From an uncultured delta proteobacterium (GTDB taxonomy: Bacteria > Desulfobacterota > RBG-13-43-22), in contig CAVUPH010000013.1 of the NCBI GenBank assembly GCA_963743305.1, positions 1-64,000 of the forward strand: 64,000 nt of DNA, written 5' to 3'. The notes under the pieces were generated by a model. That model was not told the DNA's origin and made no database searches. It worked only from the letters and a program-made list of their open reading frames with translations. Both the position numbers and the translations under genes were made by a program. Shown one piece after another: positions 21,668 through 32,254 of this stretch; the first letter of the stretch is position 1, and each line of letters opens with the position of its first letter.

Positions 21668-22432
21668 TTACCAGATCGTCCACCCTCCATCCACAAAGAT
21701 GGTCTGCCCGGTGATGAAATCCGAGGCTTTCGAGGCCAGGAAGATCACGGTCCCTTCCAGTTCTTCCGGTTGCCCCCAGCGGCCCATGGGAGTTCGCTCG
21801 TTGATAAAGCGGAACCTTTCCGGGTCATTCCGTAAGGCCGCCACCAGAGGGGTCTCAAAATAGGTGGGCCCGATGGCGTTCACCTGGATGCCGTGCCGGG
21901 CCCATTCCAGGGCCATGACCTTGGTCATCTGAATCACCCCGCCCTTGCTGGAGGCGTAGGGCAACTGGTTTTCCAGGCCCACAGCCCCTAAGATGGAGGC
22001 CATGTTGATGACCTTGCCTTTTTTTTGCTGGATCATGGTCGGGGCTACGGCCTGGGCCACCAGGAAATAGCCTTTCAGGTTGGTATCCAAGACCTGGTCC
22101 CAGTCGGCTTCGGTCAGCTCCAGCACCGGTTTGCGGATATTGACTCCGGCATTGTTGACCAGGATATCGATTCGGTCAAAGGCGGATAAGACTTCTTCCA
22201 CCGCCTGGGTGACGCCGCGCTGATCCAGCACATCCAGGGGAAAGATCCGGGCCTGGATCCCGTAGACCTGTACCAGGGCACGCGTCTTTTCCAGGTCATC
22301 CAGATTCCGGGCGCAGAGGGCCAGATCAGCCCCGGCCTTGGCCAGTCCGACCGCCAGGGCCTGCCCCAGTCCTTTGGAGGCCCCGGTAATCAGGGCCACT
22401 TTTCCGGTCAAGTCAAAAAGATCTAAAGCCAT
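21668..22432 (-). CDS. SDR oxidoreductase (gluconate 5-dehydrogenase/KduD-like)
   Basis: TGASKGLG, NNAG, YASSK and VDGGW. Confidence 0.92.
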   Translation of the reverse strand: MALDLFDLTGKVALITGASKGLGQALAVGLAKAGADLALCARNLDDLEKTRALVQVYGIQARIFPLDVLDQRGVTQAVEEVLSAFDRIDILVNNAGVNIRKPVLELTEADWDQVLDTNLKGYFLVAQAVAPTMIQQKKGKVINMASILGAVGLENQLPYASSKGGVIQMTKVMALEWARHGIQVNAIGPTYFETPLVAALRNDPERFRFINERTPMGRWGQPEELEGTVIFLASKASDFITGQTIFVDGGWTIW

Positions 22433-22530
22433 CCCGATTCTTCCTTCCCGTTGCGGTTTTTGTTGCCGAATTTCGTTTTTTCGGTTTTTCGCTGGTACGC
22501 TCTGCGCTCCGCGCTTGGCGTCCTGCGCTT

Positions 22531-23073
22531 TTAGAAAGAGGGAGGGTGGTTCACCCAGAGGACAACGGCCTCTTCGTTCCTTTTATTCAGAAATTCATGT
22601 TCGATGTGCGATTTCAGATAAAAACTGTCTCCGGCCGAAAGGAGATAGGTCTCTCCGGCGTAACGGAGTTCGAGATCGCCCTGGATGACGTACCCGAACT
22701 CTTCCCCTTCATGGTGATAGCTCCCTCTGGAGCCCCCGCCCGGGCTGATGAAAGCCATGCGGGCGTCCATTTTCTTGTTGCGGGGGTTGGGAATCAAGGT
22801 CTCGACCGTGGTCTTTGATTTGGGAAATTTAAAAATCTCCCGCTCTTTCTTCTTTAAGATGACCTTCTCCGCGTAGTCGGTCCGGAAGAAGTCGATGATG
22901 GTGATATCCAGAGCGGTGGAAATTTTTTTGAGCGTCGAGATCGAAGGGTCGGCCTTGCCGCTTTCCAACTGGCAGATGTAGGCCGGGGTGCATTTGACTT
23001 TTTGAGCCAGTTCCTTCTGGGTCAACTTTTTTTGGCACCGGAGTTTTTTTAATTTGGTGCTTAAATCGGGCAT
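22531..23073 (-). CDS. XRE HTH plus cupin transcriptional regulator
   Basis: HTH_3 N-terminus and HEGEEFGYVIQG cupin. Confidence 0.92.
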   Translation of the reverse strand: MPDLSTKLKKLRCQKKLTQKELAQKVKCTPAYICQLESGKADPSISTLKKISTALDITIIDFFRTDYAEKVILKKKEREIFKFPKSKTTVETLIPNPRNKKMDARMAFISPGGGSRGSYHHEGEEFGYVIQGDLELRYAGETYLLSAGDSFYLKSHIEHEFLNKRNEEAVVLWVNHPPSF

Positions 23074-23272
23074 GGTTTTCTTTTAGAAAAAAGTTAATAA
23101 ATAATTAATCCGTTGTTTAAAGATCTTTTGGAGGAAATCAGCCTAATCCATCGTCTAGTAGGGGCTTTGAATTTGCTTGACAGGATTTCCGCCCATTTGT
23201 TATTAGAATAAAATTAAATCATAGTTAATTGTTTGATTGCAAGTAGAAAAAATTTCACCAAGGGGGGAAGCC

Positions 23273-24571
23273 ATGACTAAAGAACAGATGGATCGGCGGC
23301 ATTTTCTTAAAATGGTGGGAAGCGGGGCTTTGGTGGCCGGGGCCGGCGCCTTGGGGTCCGGGGTGATGATCCCCACGGGCCTTTGGGCTCAGACACCCAA
23401 AATCAAGGGGCCCCTCAAGGTCGGCTATCAGGCGGTCTTGTCGGGGACCCTGGCCGGCTATGGGGAGTTCCACAAAATGGGCGCTCAGATGGCGGTGGAG
23501 GAAATCAACCAGAAGGGCGGCATCGCCGGCGTCAAAGTGGAAATGGAGTTTCGGGATTCCACCCTCAAACCGGACGACGCGATTAAAAATGCCCGTTACT
23601 TCGTCGACAGTTGGGGCGCCGATTATCTGGCGGGGATCGATTCCTCCGGGCAGGCCTTGGCCCTGGCCCCGTTGATGGATAAATTAGACCGGGTTTTAAT
23701 GGTCACCCACGCGGCCACGGAAAAATTAACCGAGGAGTGGGTTTTTAAAAAAGGGATCAAACAGATTTTCCGGATAGTCACCCCCACGTATCAGGATGGC
23801 AACGCCGCGGCCTTCATCGCCAAGGATCTGCCGGCTATGAAATGGGCCACGGTCAGTCCCAAATACGAATATGGATTCACCTGCTGGAAGATGTTCCAGG
23901 AAACGCTGAAAAAGCTCAAGCCGGGCGTTTCCTTTGTCGGTGAGTCCTGGGCGCCTTTTGGCACCACGGATTTCCGTTCCCATATCAACACGGTCATGGA
24001 CGCCAAACCGGACGGTCTGTATTCCACCGAGTGGGCCGGTGAATTGATCACCTTCGTGAAACAGGCCAAGCAGGCCGGTCTCTTTGAAAAAATCAAATAC
24101 GTCATGTTCCCGGTAGGCGCGGCCATGGATGTCCTGGAAGGGTTGGGCCAGGAGATGCCGGACAATGTCTGGATCTCCGGTCGCTATTTCTTCCTCTACC
24201 CGAACAATAAAGGCAACAACGACTGGGTGGCCGCTTTCCGCAAGCGCTGGAACCACTATCCGGCCTATGTATCCGAATCCGGATATTCCGCGATTTATGC
24301 CTTCAAGGCGGCTGTGGAAAAGGCGGGCTCCAAGGAGACCAAAGCCTTGATCCAGGCCCTGGAGGGGATGGGACTGGACACCCCGGCCGGCCATCGGGTA
24401 TTCCGGAAGGAAGATCACCAGGCCATGTATGACGTCCCCTGGGGAAAGACCAAGGGTGACCCAAAATACCCCTTTAAAATCATGGGCGAGCAGAAGCTCA
24501 TTCCGGCCAAGGTCTGCTTCAACCGTCCTCCTTTCGAAGGAGCGGGGACCGAACCGCCATTTAGCAGTTAA
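23273..24571 (+). CDS. Tat-exported ABC substrate-binding protein (LivK-like)
   Basis: DRRHFLK twin-arginine signal; AVEEINQKGGIAG. Confidence 0.9.
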   Translation: MTKEQMDRRHFLKMVGSGALVAGAGALGSGVMIPTGLWAQTPKIKGPLKVGYQAVLSGTLAGYGEFHKMGAQMAVEEINQKGGIAGVKVEMEFRDSTLKPDDAIKNARYFVDSWGADYLAGIDSSGQALALAPLMDKLDRVLMVTHAATEKLTEEWVFKKGIKQIFRIVTPTYQDGNAAAFIAKDLPAMKWATVSPKYEYGFTCWKMFQETLKKLKPGVSFVGESWAPFGTTDFRSHINTVMDAKPDGLYSTEWAGELITFVKQAKQAGLFEKIKYVMFPVGAAMDVLEGLGQEMPDNVWISGRYFFLYPNNKGNNDWVAAFRKRWNHYPAYVSESGYSAIYAFKAAVEKAGSKETKALIQALEGMGLDTPAGHRVFRKEDHQAMYDVPWGKTKGDPKYPFKIMGEQKLIPAKVCFNRPPFEGAGTEPPFSS

Positions 24572-24659
24572 AAAACGGTTCAGGTGGCAGGAGGCCGGAA
24601 TCCGGACGAATCGGATCTCTTGCACCTGAAACCTGACCTGGGCTCAAATCAATTTCTTG

Positions 24660-24785
24660 AGCATGAAATCCGAAACTCGAAACAACGAATTCAAAGACCC
24701 AATGTCCAAATTCGAAATCGTTTTTGTTTGGACATTTGGATCAATTTCGAGCTTGTTTCGGATTTCGGCTTCGGATTTCGAGTTT
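24660..24785. repeat. Gene-less heptamer palindromic element
   Basis: AAATCCGAAACTCGAAAC...GTTTCGGATTTCGGCTTCGGATTTCG. Confidence 0.75.
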
Positions 24786-24794
24786 ATAGTGAGT

Positions 24795-25664
24795 ATGTTT
24801 CAATCCATTGTCCACGTTCTCCTGGCCGGTCTTTCCACCGGCATGTTCATCTGGCTGGTGGCCAGCGGCCTGACCTTGATTTTCGGGGTCCTGGGGGTGC
24901 TGAATTTTGCCCACGGCAGTTTCTACATGCTGGGGGCCTATTTCTGCTACACGGTCCTGAAATTGCTGGGAGCCAATTTCTGGCTGGGTCTTTTACTGGG
25001 CCCGCTGTGCGTCTGCGCGGTGGGCTTTATCGTGGAGCGGTTTTTCCTGCGTTACGTCTACCATCTGGCCCTTCCCTATCAACTCCTGCTCACCTTTGCC
25101 TTCGTCCTGATATTCGACAACTTGGTTAAGATGGTCTGGGGCGCCGGGTCCATCAGTTCTCCGGAATTGACCTCCCTGGGGGGGTCGGTGATGATCCTGG
25201 GGCGAAAATTTCCTATTTATAATATCTTTATCATTTTGGTCGGGCCCTTGGTGGCCCTGGGCCTCTGGGGGATGATTGAAAAGACCTGGTGGGGCCGAAT
25301 CATCCGAGCCTCCTCATCGGATCGGGAGATGGCCTCGGCCATCGGTGTCCGGGTGCCGGCCCTGTTTACCTCCGTCTTTGTGTTCGGAACCTGGCTGGGA
25401 TCCCTGGGCGGGGGATTGGCCGTACCCTATGTGGGTATCATGACCTCCGGTATGGGGGAAGCGATTATTATTGACGCCTTCATCGTGGCCGTGATCGGCG
25501 GCCTGGGCAGCCTGAAAGGGGCCTTCGCCGGGGCCTTGATCATCGGGGTGCTGACCGCCTTTGGAACCCGTTTTTTCCCGGCCTTCGATATGTTCCTGAC
25601 GTTTATTTTGATGGCCGGTGTTTTGCTCTGGCGGCCCCAGGGCCTTTTTGGCGAGACCCGATAG
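24795..25664 (+). CDS. livH: ABC permease, LivH-like
   Basis: GLTLIFGVLGVLNFAHG and RPQGLFG. Confidence 0.88.
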   Translation: MFQSIVHVLLAGLSTGMFIWLVASGLTLIFGVLGVLNFAHGSFYMLGAYFCYTVLKLLGANFWLGLLLGPLCVCAVGFIVERFFLRYVYHLALPYQLLLTFAFVLIFDNLVKMVWGAGSISSPELTSLGGSVMILGRKFPIYNIFIILVGPLVALGLWGMIEKTWWGRIIRASSSDREMASAIGVRVPALFTSVFVFGTWLGSLGGGLAVPYVGIMTSGMGEAIIIDAFIVAVIGGLGSLKGAFAGALIIGVLTAFGTRFFPAFDMFLTFILMAGVLLWRPQGLFGETR

Positions 25665-25671
25665 ATTTTTT

Positions 25672-26634
25672 ATGAAATTGAAAACCGGACAGATTTTAGG
25701 GATCGTCGCGCTGCTCCTACTCCTGGTGGGCATCGGACTCTTTAGCGGACGATTCATGGTTTACCTGACCATGCGGGTCATGATTTTAGGGATCTTCGCC
25801 TTGGGCTACAATCTTCTTCTGGGCCGGACCGGGCTGCTCTCTTTCGGCCACGGCGCATTTTACGCGGCCGGCGCCTACGGGTTGGGATTCTTTACGCTGC
25901 ACCTGTCCACCCATCCGCTGCTGGGCCTCCTGGCCGGCGTGCTGGTGGCCATGGCTTTGGCTCTGATCATCGGGTTTTTCTGCGTCCGCCACACCGAAAT
26001 ATACTTTGCCATGCTGACCCTGGCCTTCGGGATGATGGTCTTTTCCCTGATCTGGAATGCCCGGGATTTTACCGGGGGTGACGACGGCTTGGTGGGGATC
26101 CTGCGGGACCCTATTTCCTTTTTCGGGTGGTTCAAAATCCCGATCAACAAGGATGCCCATTATTATTTCCTGGTGCTGGCGGTGTTCGCTCTGAGCGCCT
26201 GGGCGGTGCACCGAATTCGAATTTCTCCATTCGGCTTGTCGCTGGCCGGCATCCGGGAAAACGCCAATCGCGCTGAGTTCGCCGGGCTTTCCGTTAAGAA
26301 TTACCGTCTGGCCGTTTTCGTGATCAGCGGGGCCTTTGCCGGATTGGCCGGGGCCTTGGAAACCCTGCTGGAAGGCAACGCCCGGCCCTTCATGGCCCAC
26401 TGGAGTCACTCCGCCGAACCCATCCTGGTCAGCCTCCTGGGCGGGCTGCCGACCTTTGCCGGTCCTTTGGTGGGCAGTGTGTTCTTTGTGGCCATGCGGG
26501 AGTTTATTCAGCGCTTCACGGAGAACTGGATGCTCTGGTTCGGTTTGCTCCTGTTAGTCGTTATCATGGGTTTTCGGGGGGGCGTGGTCGGCGTCCTCCA
26601 ACGATTATTCGGCGGTTCCCGGGCCGGGCATTGA
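25672..26634 (+). CDS. livM: ABC permease, LivM-like
   Basis: GRTGLLSFGHGAF, YFAMLTLAF and TGGDDG. Confidence 0.88.
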   Translation: MKLKTGQILGIVALLLLLVGIGLFSGRFMVYLTMRVMILGIFALGYNLLLGRTGLLSFGHGAFYAAGAYGLGFFTLHLSTHPLLGLLAGVLVAMALALIIGFFCVRHTEIYFAMLTLAFGMMVFSLIWNARDFTGGDDGLVGILRDPISFFGWFKIPINKDAHYYFLVLAVFALSAWAVHRIRISPFGLSLAGIRENANRAEFAGLSVKNYRLAVFVISGAFAGLAGALETLLEGNARPFMAHWSHSAEPILVSLLGGLPTFAGPLVGSVFFVAMREFIQRFTENWMLWFGLLLLVVIMGFRGGVVGVLQRLFGGSRAGH

Positions 26635-26641
26635 GAGAAGA

Positions 26642-27397
26642 ATGGGCGAGAAGCTGCTGCAGATAAAAAAGTTATCCAATTTTTTCGGCATGGTTTGCAC
26701 CGCCAAGGAGCTGGATCTGGATATCGAGGCCGGCGTTTTGACTTCGATCATCGGTCCCAACGGGGCCGGAAAATCCACCCTGATCAACCTGATCACCGGC
26801 AATCTGCCGGTTCAATCCGGGTCCCTTCTTTTCCAGGGGCGGGATATCACCCGCTTGCCGATCAATCAGCGGGTCCGGCTGGGGATCTGCCGGTCCTTTC
26901 AGATCGTCAATATCTTCCCGGAATTGACCGTCCTGGAAAATATCTTGATACCCACCTTGGCCCTGTCCGGCAGGACGCGGCGATTTTTTTCCGGCATCAG
27001 CCGTGAAACCGAGGCCTATGAACAGGTGGAGAACCTTCTGGGGAAAGTGGGCCTGAGCGCCGTAAAAAATTCCCCGGCCACGGCCTTGTCCCACGGAGAC
27101 CAACGCTTACTGGAAGTGGGAGTGGCCCTGGCCGTCGGTCCCCGGCTCCTTTTTTTGGATGAACCGACGGCCGGCATGAACCCGGTCGAACGGGTCAGGG
27201 TCCTGGAAAATATTCGCCAGCTTTCTGGCGAGGGCCGGACGACTTTCGTCCTGGTGGAGCACGACATGGATATCGTTTTTTCCCTGTCGGAGCGGGTGGT
27301 GGTGCTGCACCGGGGGGATATCCTGGGAGACGGAACGCCGGAGGAGATCAAGAATAACGCCCAGGTCCGGGAGGTATATTTGGGGGATTCCGTGTGA
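26642..27397 (+). CDS. livG: ABC ATPase, LivG-like
   Basis: GPNGAGKST, LSHG, LDEPTAG and VEHDM. Confidence 0.9.
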   Translation: MGEKLLQIKKLSNFFGMVCTAKELDLDIEAGVLTSIIGPNGAGKSTLINLITGNLPVQSGSLLFQGRDITRLPINQRVRLGICRSFQIVNIFPELTVLENILIPTLALSGRTRRFFSGISRETEAYEQVENLLGKVGLSAVKNSPATALSHGDQRLLEVGVALAVGPRLLFLDEPTAGMNPVERVRVLENIRQLSGEGRTTFVLVEHDMDIVFSLSERVVVLHRGDILGDGTPEEIKNNAQVREVYLGDSV

Positions 27398-27411
27398 AAG
27401 ACCTGAACCCT

Positions 27412-27551
27412 AAATCCGAATTTCGAAGTACGAAATTCAAAACGATGATCCAAAATCCAAATTTCAAATGATCGAAACCGGATGCGGTTCGAATTTTGAA
27501 TTTTGGCCAGTTGAATCTTGTTTCGAGTTTTGAGTTTCGGATTTCGATTTT
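27412..27551. repeat. Gene-less heptamer palindromic element inside the liv operon
   Basis: AAATCCGAATTTCGAAG...TTTCGAGTTTTGAGTTTCGGATTTCG. Confidence 0.75.
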
Positions 27552-27560
27552 AACACGGTT

Positions 27561-28262
27561 ATGCTACTCGAAGTCTCTAATATCGATACTTATTATGGCA
27601 CCAGCCATGTCCTCCAGGGCGTCTCGTTAGCGGTGGGCGAAGGAGAGGTCGTAGCCCTGCTGGGCCGCAACGGGGTGGGAAAGACCACCACGCTCCGGTC
27701 GATCATCGGGCTGACCCCGCCCAAAACCGGCTCGATCAAATTACTGGACCGGGAGATCTGCGGCCAACCCGCCTATACTATCGCTCGGCAGGGTGTGGGG
27801 TATATGCCCGATGACCTGCGCATTTTTCCCGACCTGACGACCGACGAAAACCTGGAAATCTCCCGCCGGCTCTCCAAGCGAACCGGCTATTGGAACCGGG
27901 AGCGGGTGATCGAGCTTTTCCCCAAGTTGGGGGACCTGGCCCGGTCAAAGGGAATCAATCTTTCCGGTGGGGAGAAAAAGATGCTGGGTATCGGCCGGGC
28001 ACTGATGGCCAATCCTCGGCTGATCTTGTTGGACGAACCATCCGAAGGCCTGGCGCCGCTGATCGTGGCCAATTTGGTGGAGGTTCTGGACAAGATCCAC
28101 CAGCAAGGGGTTACCATTCTGCTGGCCGACCAGAACCTTAAATTCTGCCGCAAAGTCTGCCACCGGGGTTATATCATTGAAAAAGGGATGATCCAGTACG
28201 AAGGAAAGATGGAAGAAATCTGGAGCAACGAGGAAGTCATCCGCAAGTACCTGGTCGTTTAG
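27561..28262 (+). CDS. livF: ABC ATPase, LivF-like
   Basis: GRNGVGKTT, LSGGE and LDEPSEGLAP. Confidence 0.9.
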   Translation: MLLEVSNIDTYYGTSHVLQGVSLAVGEGEVVALLGRNGVGKTTTLRSIIGLTPPKTGSIKLLDREICGQPAYTIARQGVGYMPDDLRIFPDLTTDENLEISRRLSKRTGYWNRERVIELFPKLGDLARSKGINLSGGEKKMLGIGRALMANPRLILLDEPSEGLAPLIVANLVEVLDKIHQQGVTILLADQNLKFCRKVCHRGYIIEKGMIQYEGKMEEIWSNEEVIRKYLVV

Positions 28263-28665
28263 GCCACCTTCCAAATCCCTCGCCATTAAATTTTATTAAG
28301 CATTAGTTGCATTTTTATAGTAAATTCCCCAAGTAATTGGTGTTGGACTCCAGGCCCTTAAGTTAACGGCCTGGGGTTGGACTGACGGACAAATTTAAAA
28401 CGATCCTCCCTGTTTCCAAGGAGAAAAGCCATGAGACTTTTTCAACGATCGTTTGCCCGGACCTTTTCGAAGACCCGCCTCCTTTTCAGCCTTGGGGACT
28501 GTTTGACCTTGTAACCGGACCCCTTGCCCTCCCTGCCCAGGACCTCTCCCCCAGCAGTCCGATTCCTTTACTATGAAACCGAGGCCGCCGCCCAGATCTG
28601 CGTCGGCGAATGCCGGTTGTATCTGCCGGTGATTATCTTAAATCAAAACTGATTAATCGCTAAAC

Positions 28666-28705
28666 AAAGAAAGGGGAGGTATCTAGGATACCCCCCCTCT
28701 TTTGG
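28666..28705 (-). terminator. Intrinsic terminator downstream of the cold-shock gene
   Basis: AAAGAAAGGGGAGGTATC-TAG-GATACCCCCCTCTTTT. Confidence 0.65.
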
Positions 28706-28719
28706 TAACTAAAAAGCTG

Positions 28720-28923
28720 TTATAGGGCCTTTACATTGGTTGCCGAGGGGCCTTTTTGACCCTGCTCAATATCAAAGCTTACCCGCTGGCCTTCGGACAG
28801 TGTCCGAAAACCCTGCATAGCGATGGCGGAATGGTGGATAAATACATCCTTTTCCTGACCATCGACCTCGATAAAGCCGAAACCTTTACTCTCATTGAAC
28901 CACTTTACGCTTCCTTCTGCCAT
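28720..28923 (-). CDS. cspA: Cold-shock protein
   Basis: [24 protein letters not shown]. Confidence 0.95.
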   Translation of the reverse strand: MAEGSVKWFNESKGFGFIEVDGQEKDVFIHHSAIAMQGFRTLSEGQRVSFDIEQGQKGPSATNVKAL

Positions 28924-29261
28924 AGTCGTATCCTCCTTCTTAAGTATTTCTCAAGTTGGGATACGACCAAAAAAAAGGCATCTGGCTTAGAAGCTTCGAT
29001 GCCTTGCGCTTTCGACTTTTCCACCAACTTCGACCACCAGCTTATCCCTCAAGGGAAGTTGGCGGATTTAATTGATTTAAGATAACCCTTTATTTTCTAC
29101 TTGTCAAGCTTTATTAATCATTATTTTCAAAGATTGTTTCCCTCTGGAAAACCCTTTCGCCGAGACTCCCTGGTCCTACCCATCTGGGGATTCCCCACCC
29201 CAAGGGGCGAAGCGTCGAATTTTATTGTTGCGCTAACCTGTCCGGTGTAGATAATCAAAGA

Positions 29262-29416
29262 GACGGAATCGCAAAAAGTTCGTCAGCAGCCCGAGCGCGA
29301 TTAAGCGACGGGCTGGGGTAGGGGTGGGACCATTTGAATTCACTTCAAATGGCGGGGGAGGGGAAGCCCTCCCTCGCCGAGCAGGAAGTCGTTTTTTGAC
29401 TTTTTGCGAGGTCATC
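29262..29416. mobile_element. MITE-like element, cargo type A
   Basis: Ends GACGGAATCGCAAAAAGT / GACTTTTTGCGAGGTCATC; close copy at 49807-49961. Confidence 0.8.
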
Positions 29417-29428
29417 AATAAAGATACC

Positions 29429-30739
29429 ATGAGCGTTTCAATCGACATGAAAAAGCTGGCCGAGTTGGTCCGGGAACTGGAAGACCAGCTTTCGGCCTGC
29501 ACCCGTTGCGGCATGTGCCAGACGGTCTGCCCGCTCTACCGGGAAACCGCCCGGGAGTCCAGTGTGGCCCGGGGGAAACTGGCCATCTTAGGCGGTCTGA
29601 TGGAGGAGGCCTTCCAGGAGCCCCGACGGTCGCTGGAACAGGTTTCTCGCTGTTTGCTCTGCGGGGCCTGCGAGGCCAACTGCCCAAGCGGGGTCCAAGT
29701 CCTGGACATTTTCTTAAAGGCCCGGGCCATCCTGGTTGAATACTTGGGGATGCCCCCGGCCAAAAGGGTGATGTTCAGGCGTTTTCTGGCCCGGCCGGAA
29801 CGATTCAACCGCTGGCTATCCTGGGGGGCCAAGGTCCAGGGGCTGTTCATCAAACCGGCCAATGAGCTATTGGGCACTTCCTGCGCCCGGTTCACCTCCC
29901 CCTTGGCCGACCGTCATTTCAAGGCCCTGGCGGCTGTCCCTTTTCACCGGCAACCCCGGAAAGAAAATCCAAAAGTCCGCCCTTCAGGGATCAAGGCGGC
30001 TTTTTTTTATGGCTGCCTCATCGACAAGGTTTATCCGGCGATCGGGCAGGCGGTGCTGAAAAGTCTGGATCATTTTCAAGTGGAGGTATTTTTGCCCGAA
30101 GGGCAGGGGTGCTGTGGGTTGCCGGCCTTGTCGGCCGGCGATCGGCAGACTTTCAACCAACTGGTCGTCTATAATCTGGATCGTCTGGCAGGTCAACCCG
30201 TGGATGTGCTGGTCACCGCCTGCCCCACCTGCGCGGCCACGATTAAAAAAATTTGGCCGCTGATGGCCCGGGAGCTGAACGCCGATCAACGAGACCGGGT
30301 CCGGGACTGGTCGGAAAAAACGGTGGATATCACCGATTTCCTGATGAGGCAGATGGGCGTATCCTTTCCGGTCTCCCCGGAAAGCAATGAAGTCAAGCCC
30401 GGGATCACCTATCACGATCCCTGCCATCTTCGAAAATCCCTGGGGGTCTTCGCGCCGCCGCGGGCTCTGTTGCAAGGGGATACCCGGTTCCGTTTTAAAG
30501 AAATGGCCGAGGCCGAGAACTGCTGCGGCTGTGGAGGCAGCTTCACCTTGGACTATTATGAATTGTCTTCCGCGGTGGGGGCCAGGAAACGGGCCGCCAT
30601 CCTGGCTTCCGGCGCGGAAGTGGTGGCCACCGCCTGCCCGGCCTGTATGCTGCAGCTCACCGACCTGCTTTCAAAAGGTGCCGATCCCGTTCGGGTCAAA
30701 CATGTGATCGAACTTTTCGCGGAAACGTTGCCGGGTTAA
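29429..30739 (+). CDS. glcF: Fe-S/CCG-domain protein, glycolate/lactate oxidase iron-sulfur subunit-like
   Basis: Two CxxCxxCxxxCP motifs, CCG motifs and TYHDPCHL. Confidence 0.8.
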   Translation: MSVSIDMKKLAELVRELEDQLSACTRCGMCQTVCPLYRETARESSVARGKLAILGGLMEEAFQEPRRSLEQVSRCLLCGACEANCPSGVQVLDIFLKARAILVEYLGMPPAKRVMFRRFLARPERFNRWLSWGAKVQGLFIKPANELLGTSCARFTSPLADRHFKALAAVPFHRQPRKENPKVRPSGIKAAFFYGCLIDKVYPAIGQAVLKSLDHFQVEVFLPEGQGCCGLPALSAGDRQTFNQLVVYNLDRLAGQPVDVLVTACPTCAATIKKIWPLMARELNADQRDRVRDWSEKTVDITDFLMRQMGVSFPVSPESNEVKPGITYHDPCHLRKSLGVFAPPRALLQGDTRFRFKEMAEAENCCGCGGSFTLDYYELSSAVGARKRAAILASGAEVVATACPACMLQLTDLLSKGADPVRVKHVIELFAETLPG

Positions 30740-30780
30740 TACGAAAATTGAAGAGTCGGTGGTTATTCCAGCTTTTTTGA

Positions 30781-31135
30781 AATCCCCCTAAATCCCCCTT
30801 TGCTAAAGGGGGACTTTAACTCCCCCCTTTGGCAAAGGGGGGGGGGATTTTCATGCTTCGTGGGTGCCCGACGGCGCATGGGGATTTGATGCGAGAATAG
30901 CCTTGAACTACGGTTATCCCCCACACCCCCGCCTTCTCCCGCGTGGGGGAGAGGGAGCCCGAGCCTTTTAACTTTCCCTCCCCGACGCGGGAGGGGACTT
31001 CGGCGTGAGCCCTTCGGCAGTGAGCTCAGGGCCGAACTGCTCAGTCGAACGATTGAGGGGGGGGGAACGTTTTTGTTTTGGTCATTTGGATTTTAGACCT
31101 TCGTGTTTGTTACGGATTTCGAATTTAGGAATCTC
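30781..31135. repeat. Cluster of REP-like hairpins, a 52-bp dyad site and a heptamer half-element
   Basis: CCCCCTTTGCTAAAGGGGG-type hairpins x2, TCTCCCGCGTGGGGGAGA, TCCCTCCCCGACGCGGGAGGGGA; site at 30847-30898. Confidence 0.7.
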
Positions 31136-31179
31136 CACTGCTAAGCTACTAGAAACAAATTCTAAGATTGATTAGCACC

Positions 31180-32160
31180 TTAAGCGGGGGCGACCAACAG
31201 CAGCGGTTCCGGTGCGGGGAAGGGGAGGGCGGGGGGAGGAAGATAGAGGGAATAGCGGCCGGGTTCTTTCAGGTTGAGCAGCTTTAAGTCCTCCAGGAAT
31301 TCGTCCCTTTCCCGGTCGCTCGTTCCCGGTTTGGAAAAGAAATTCTCGATCCTTTGCCGCAGGGGAATGAGGTCCCCGGCCTGGGACCAGCGCCGATAAC
31401 TCGCCAAGAACCCCTCGAAGGAGGGGAAACGCAGGGCGGGCAGGGGCAGGGAGGGTGATGGAGATTCGTCACCGGCTAAGGCGTAGTGCTCCCGTCGGAC
31501 CCAGGGTTGGTTGGTTAGTAAACGGACCGGCCCGGGGGCCAATTGGGCCCTCAGCTTTCTCCAGGCGGCCAGGGCCGGTGGACAAACCATTTCCGCTTCA
31601 GTGGGGGAGACAAAGGGTTTTTCGGACGAGGCCCAGTCCAGGGAGAATTCAGGGCTCTGATCCATGATTCGGGCCAGAGCCAGTTCCTGTTCCCCGAAGT
31701 CGCCCAACGAGAGATCGATCTCCCATTCCTTGCTCAGCCAGTCGTGGATAATACAGAGGAATAATTCTCCCGACAGGGTCTGACGAGTTTCCGTCTCCTC
31801 CCTGGGGTTTGCGGGTTGGCCCCTCAGCAGACCCAGTATTTCGTCCCGGCTTTCCAGATGTTCCCCGGGTTTCACCTGCCGGAGATATTCCAGGAAGCTG
31901 AAATCCGGGTTCTGGGCCGCGAAGGATTGAAACTCCCTCAACGCCCTGTCTTTTTGCCTGATTTCCTCCGGGGTTCGATCCGGCGTCAGGACCTGGATCA
32001 GGCCGCCCGTCAGCAGTTCCCGGTAAGGCGCAGGCCATACCAAGCTATAGGGGTGCAGGAAGACCAGCGGCCCAAATAGCAGCAGCGACCAATAGGTGGC
32101 CTCCGGTTCCATTAAGGTGTAGGGGGTAACCCATACTTGCTGGATACGGTTTTTTTCCAT
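31180..32160 (-). CDS. Hypothetical protein
   Basis: 326-aa ORF with ATG start filling the gap; no recognised motif. Confidence 0.65.
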   Translation of the reverse strand: MEKNRIQQVWVTPYTLMEPEATYWSLLLFGPLVFLHPYSLVWPAPYRELLTGGLIQVLTPDRTPEEIRQKDRALREFQSFAAQNPDFSFLEYLRQVKPGEHLESRDEILGLLRGQPANPREETETRQTLSGELFLCIIHDWLSKEWEIDLSLGDFGEQELALARIMDQSPEFSLDWASSEKPFVSPTEAEMVCPPALAAWRKLRAQLAPGPVRLLTNQPWVRREHYALAGDESPSPSLPLPALRFPSFEGFLASYRRWSQAGDLIPLRQRIENFFSKPGTSDRERDEFLEDLKLLNLKEPGRYSLYLPPPALPFPAPEPLLLVAPA

Positions 32161-32254
32161 GAGGGCAATGTATTAGAAGGGGGTCAGCTTGTCAATTGAT
32201 AACCGCGCCCTCAATAGAATCCCCGTCAAAAATGCTATTCGAAAATTCAGTATT

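Noticed and set aside
29324-29428. N-terminal extensions of glcF (likewise at 24657 and 46712)
   Set aside because: They read through repeat elements, and better starts lie downstream.
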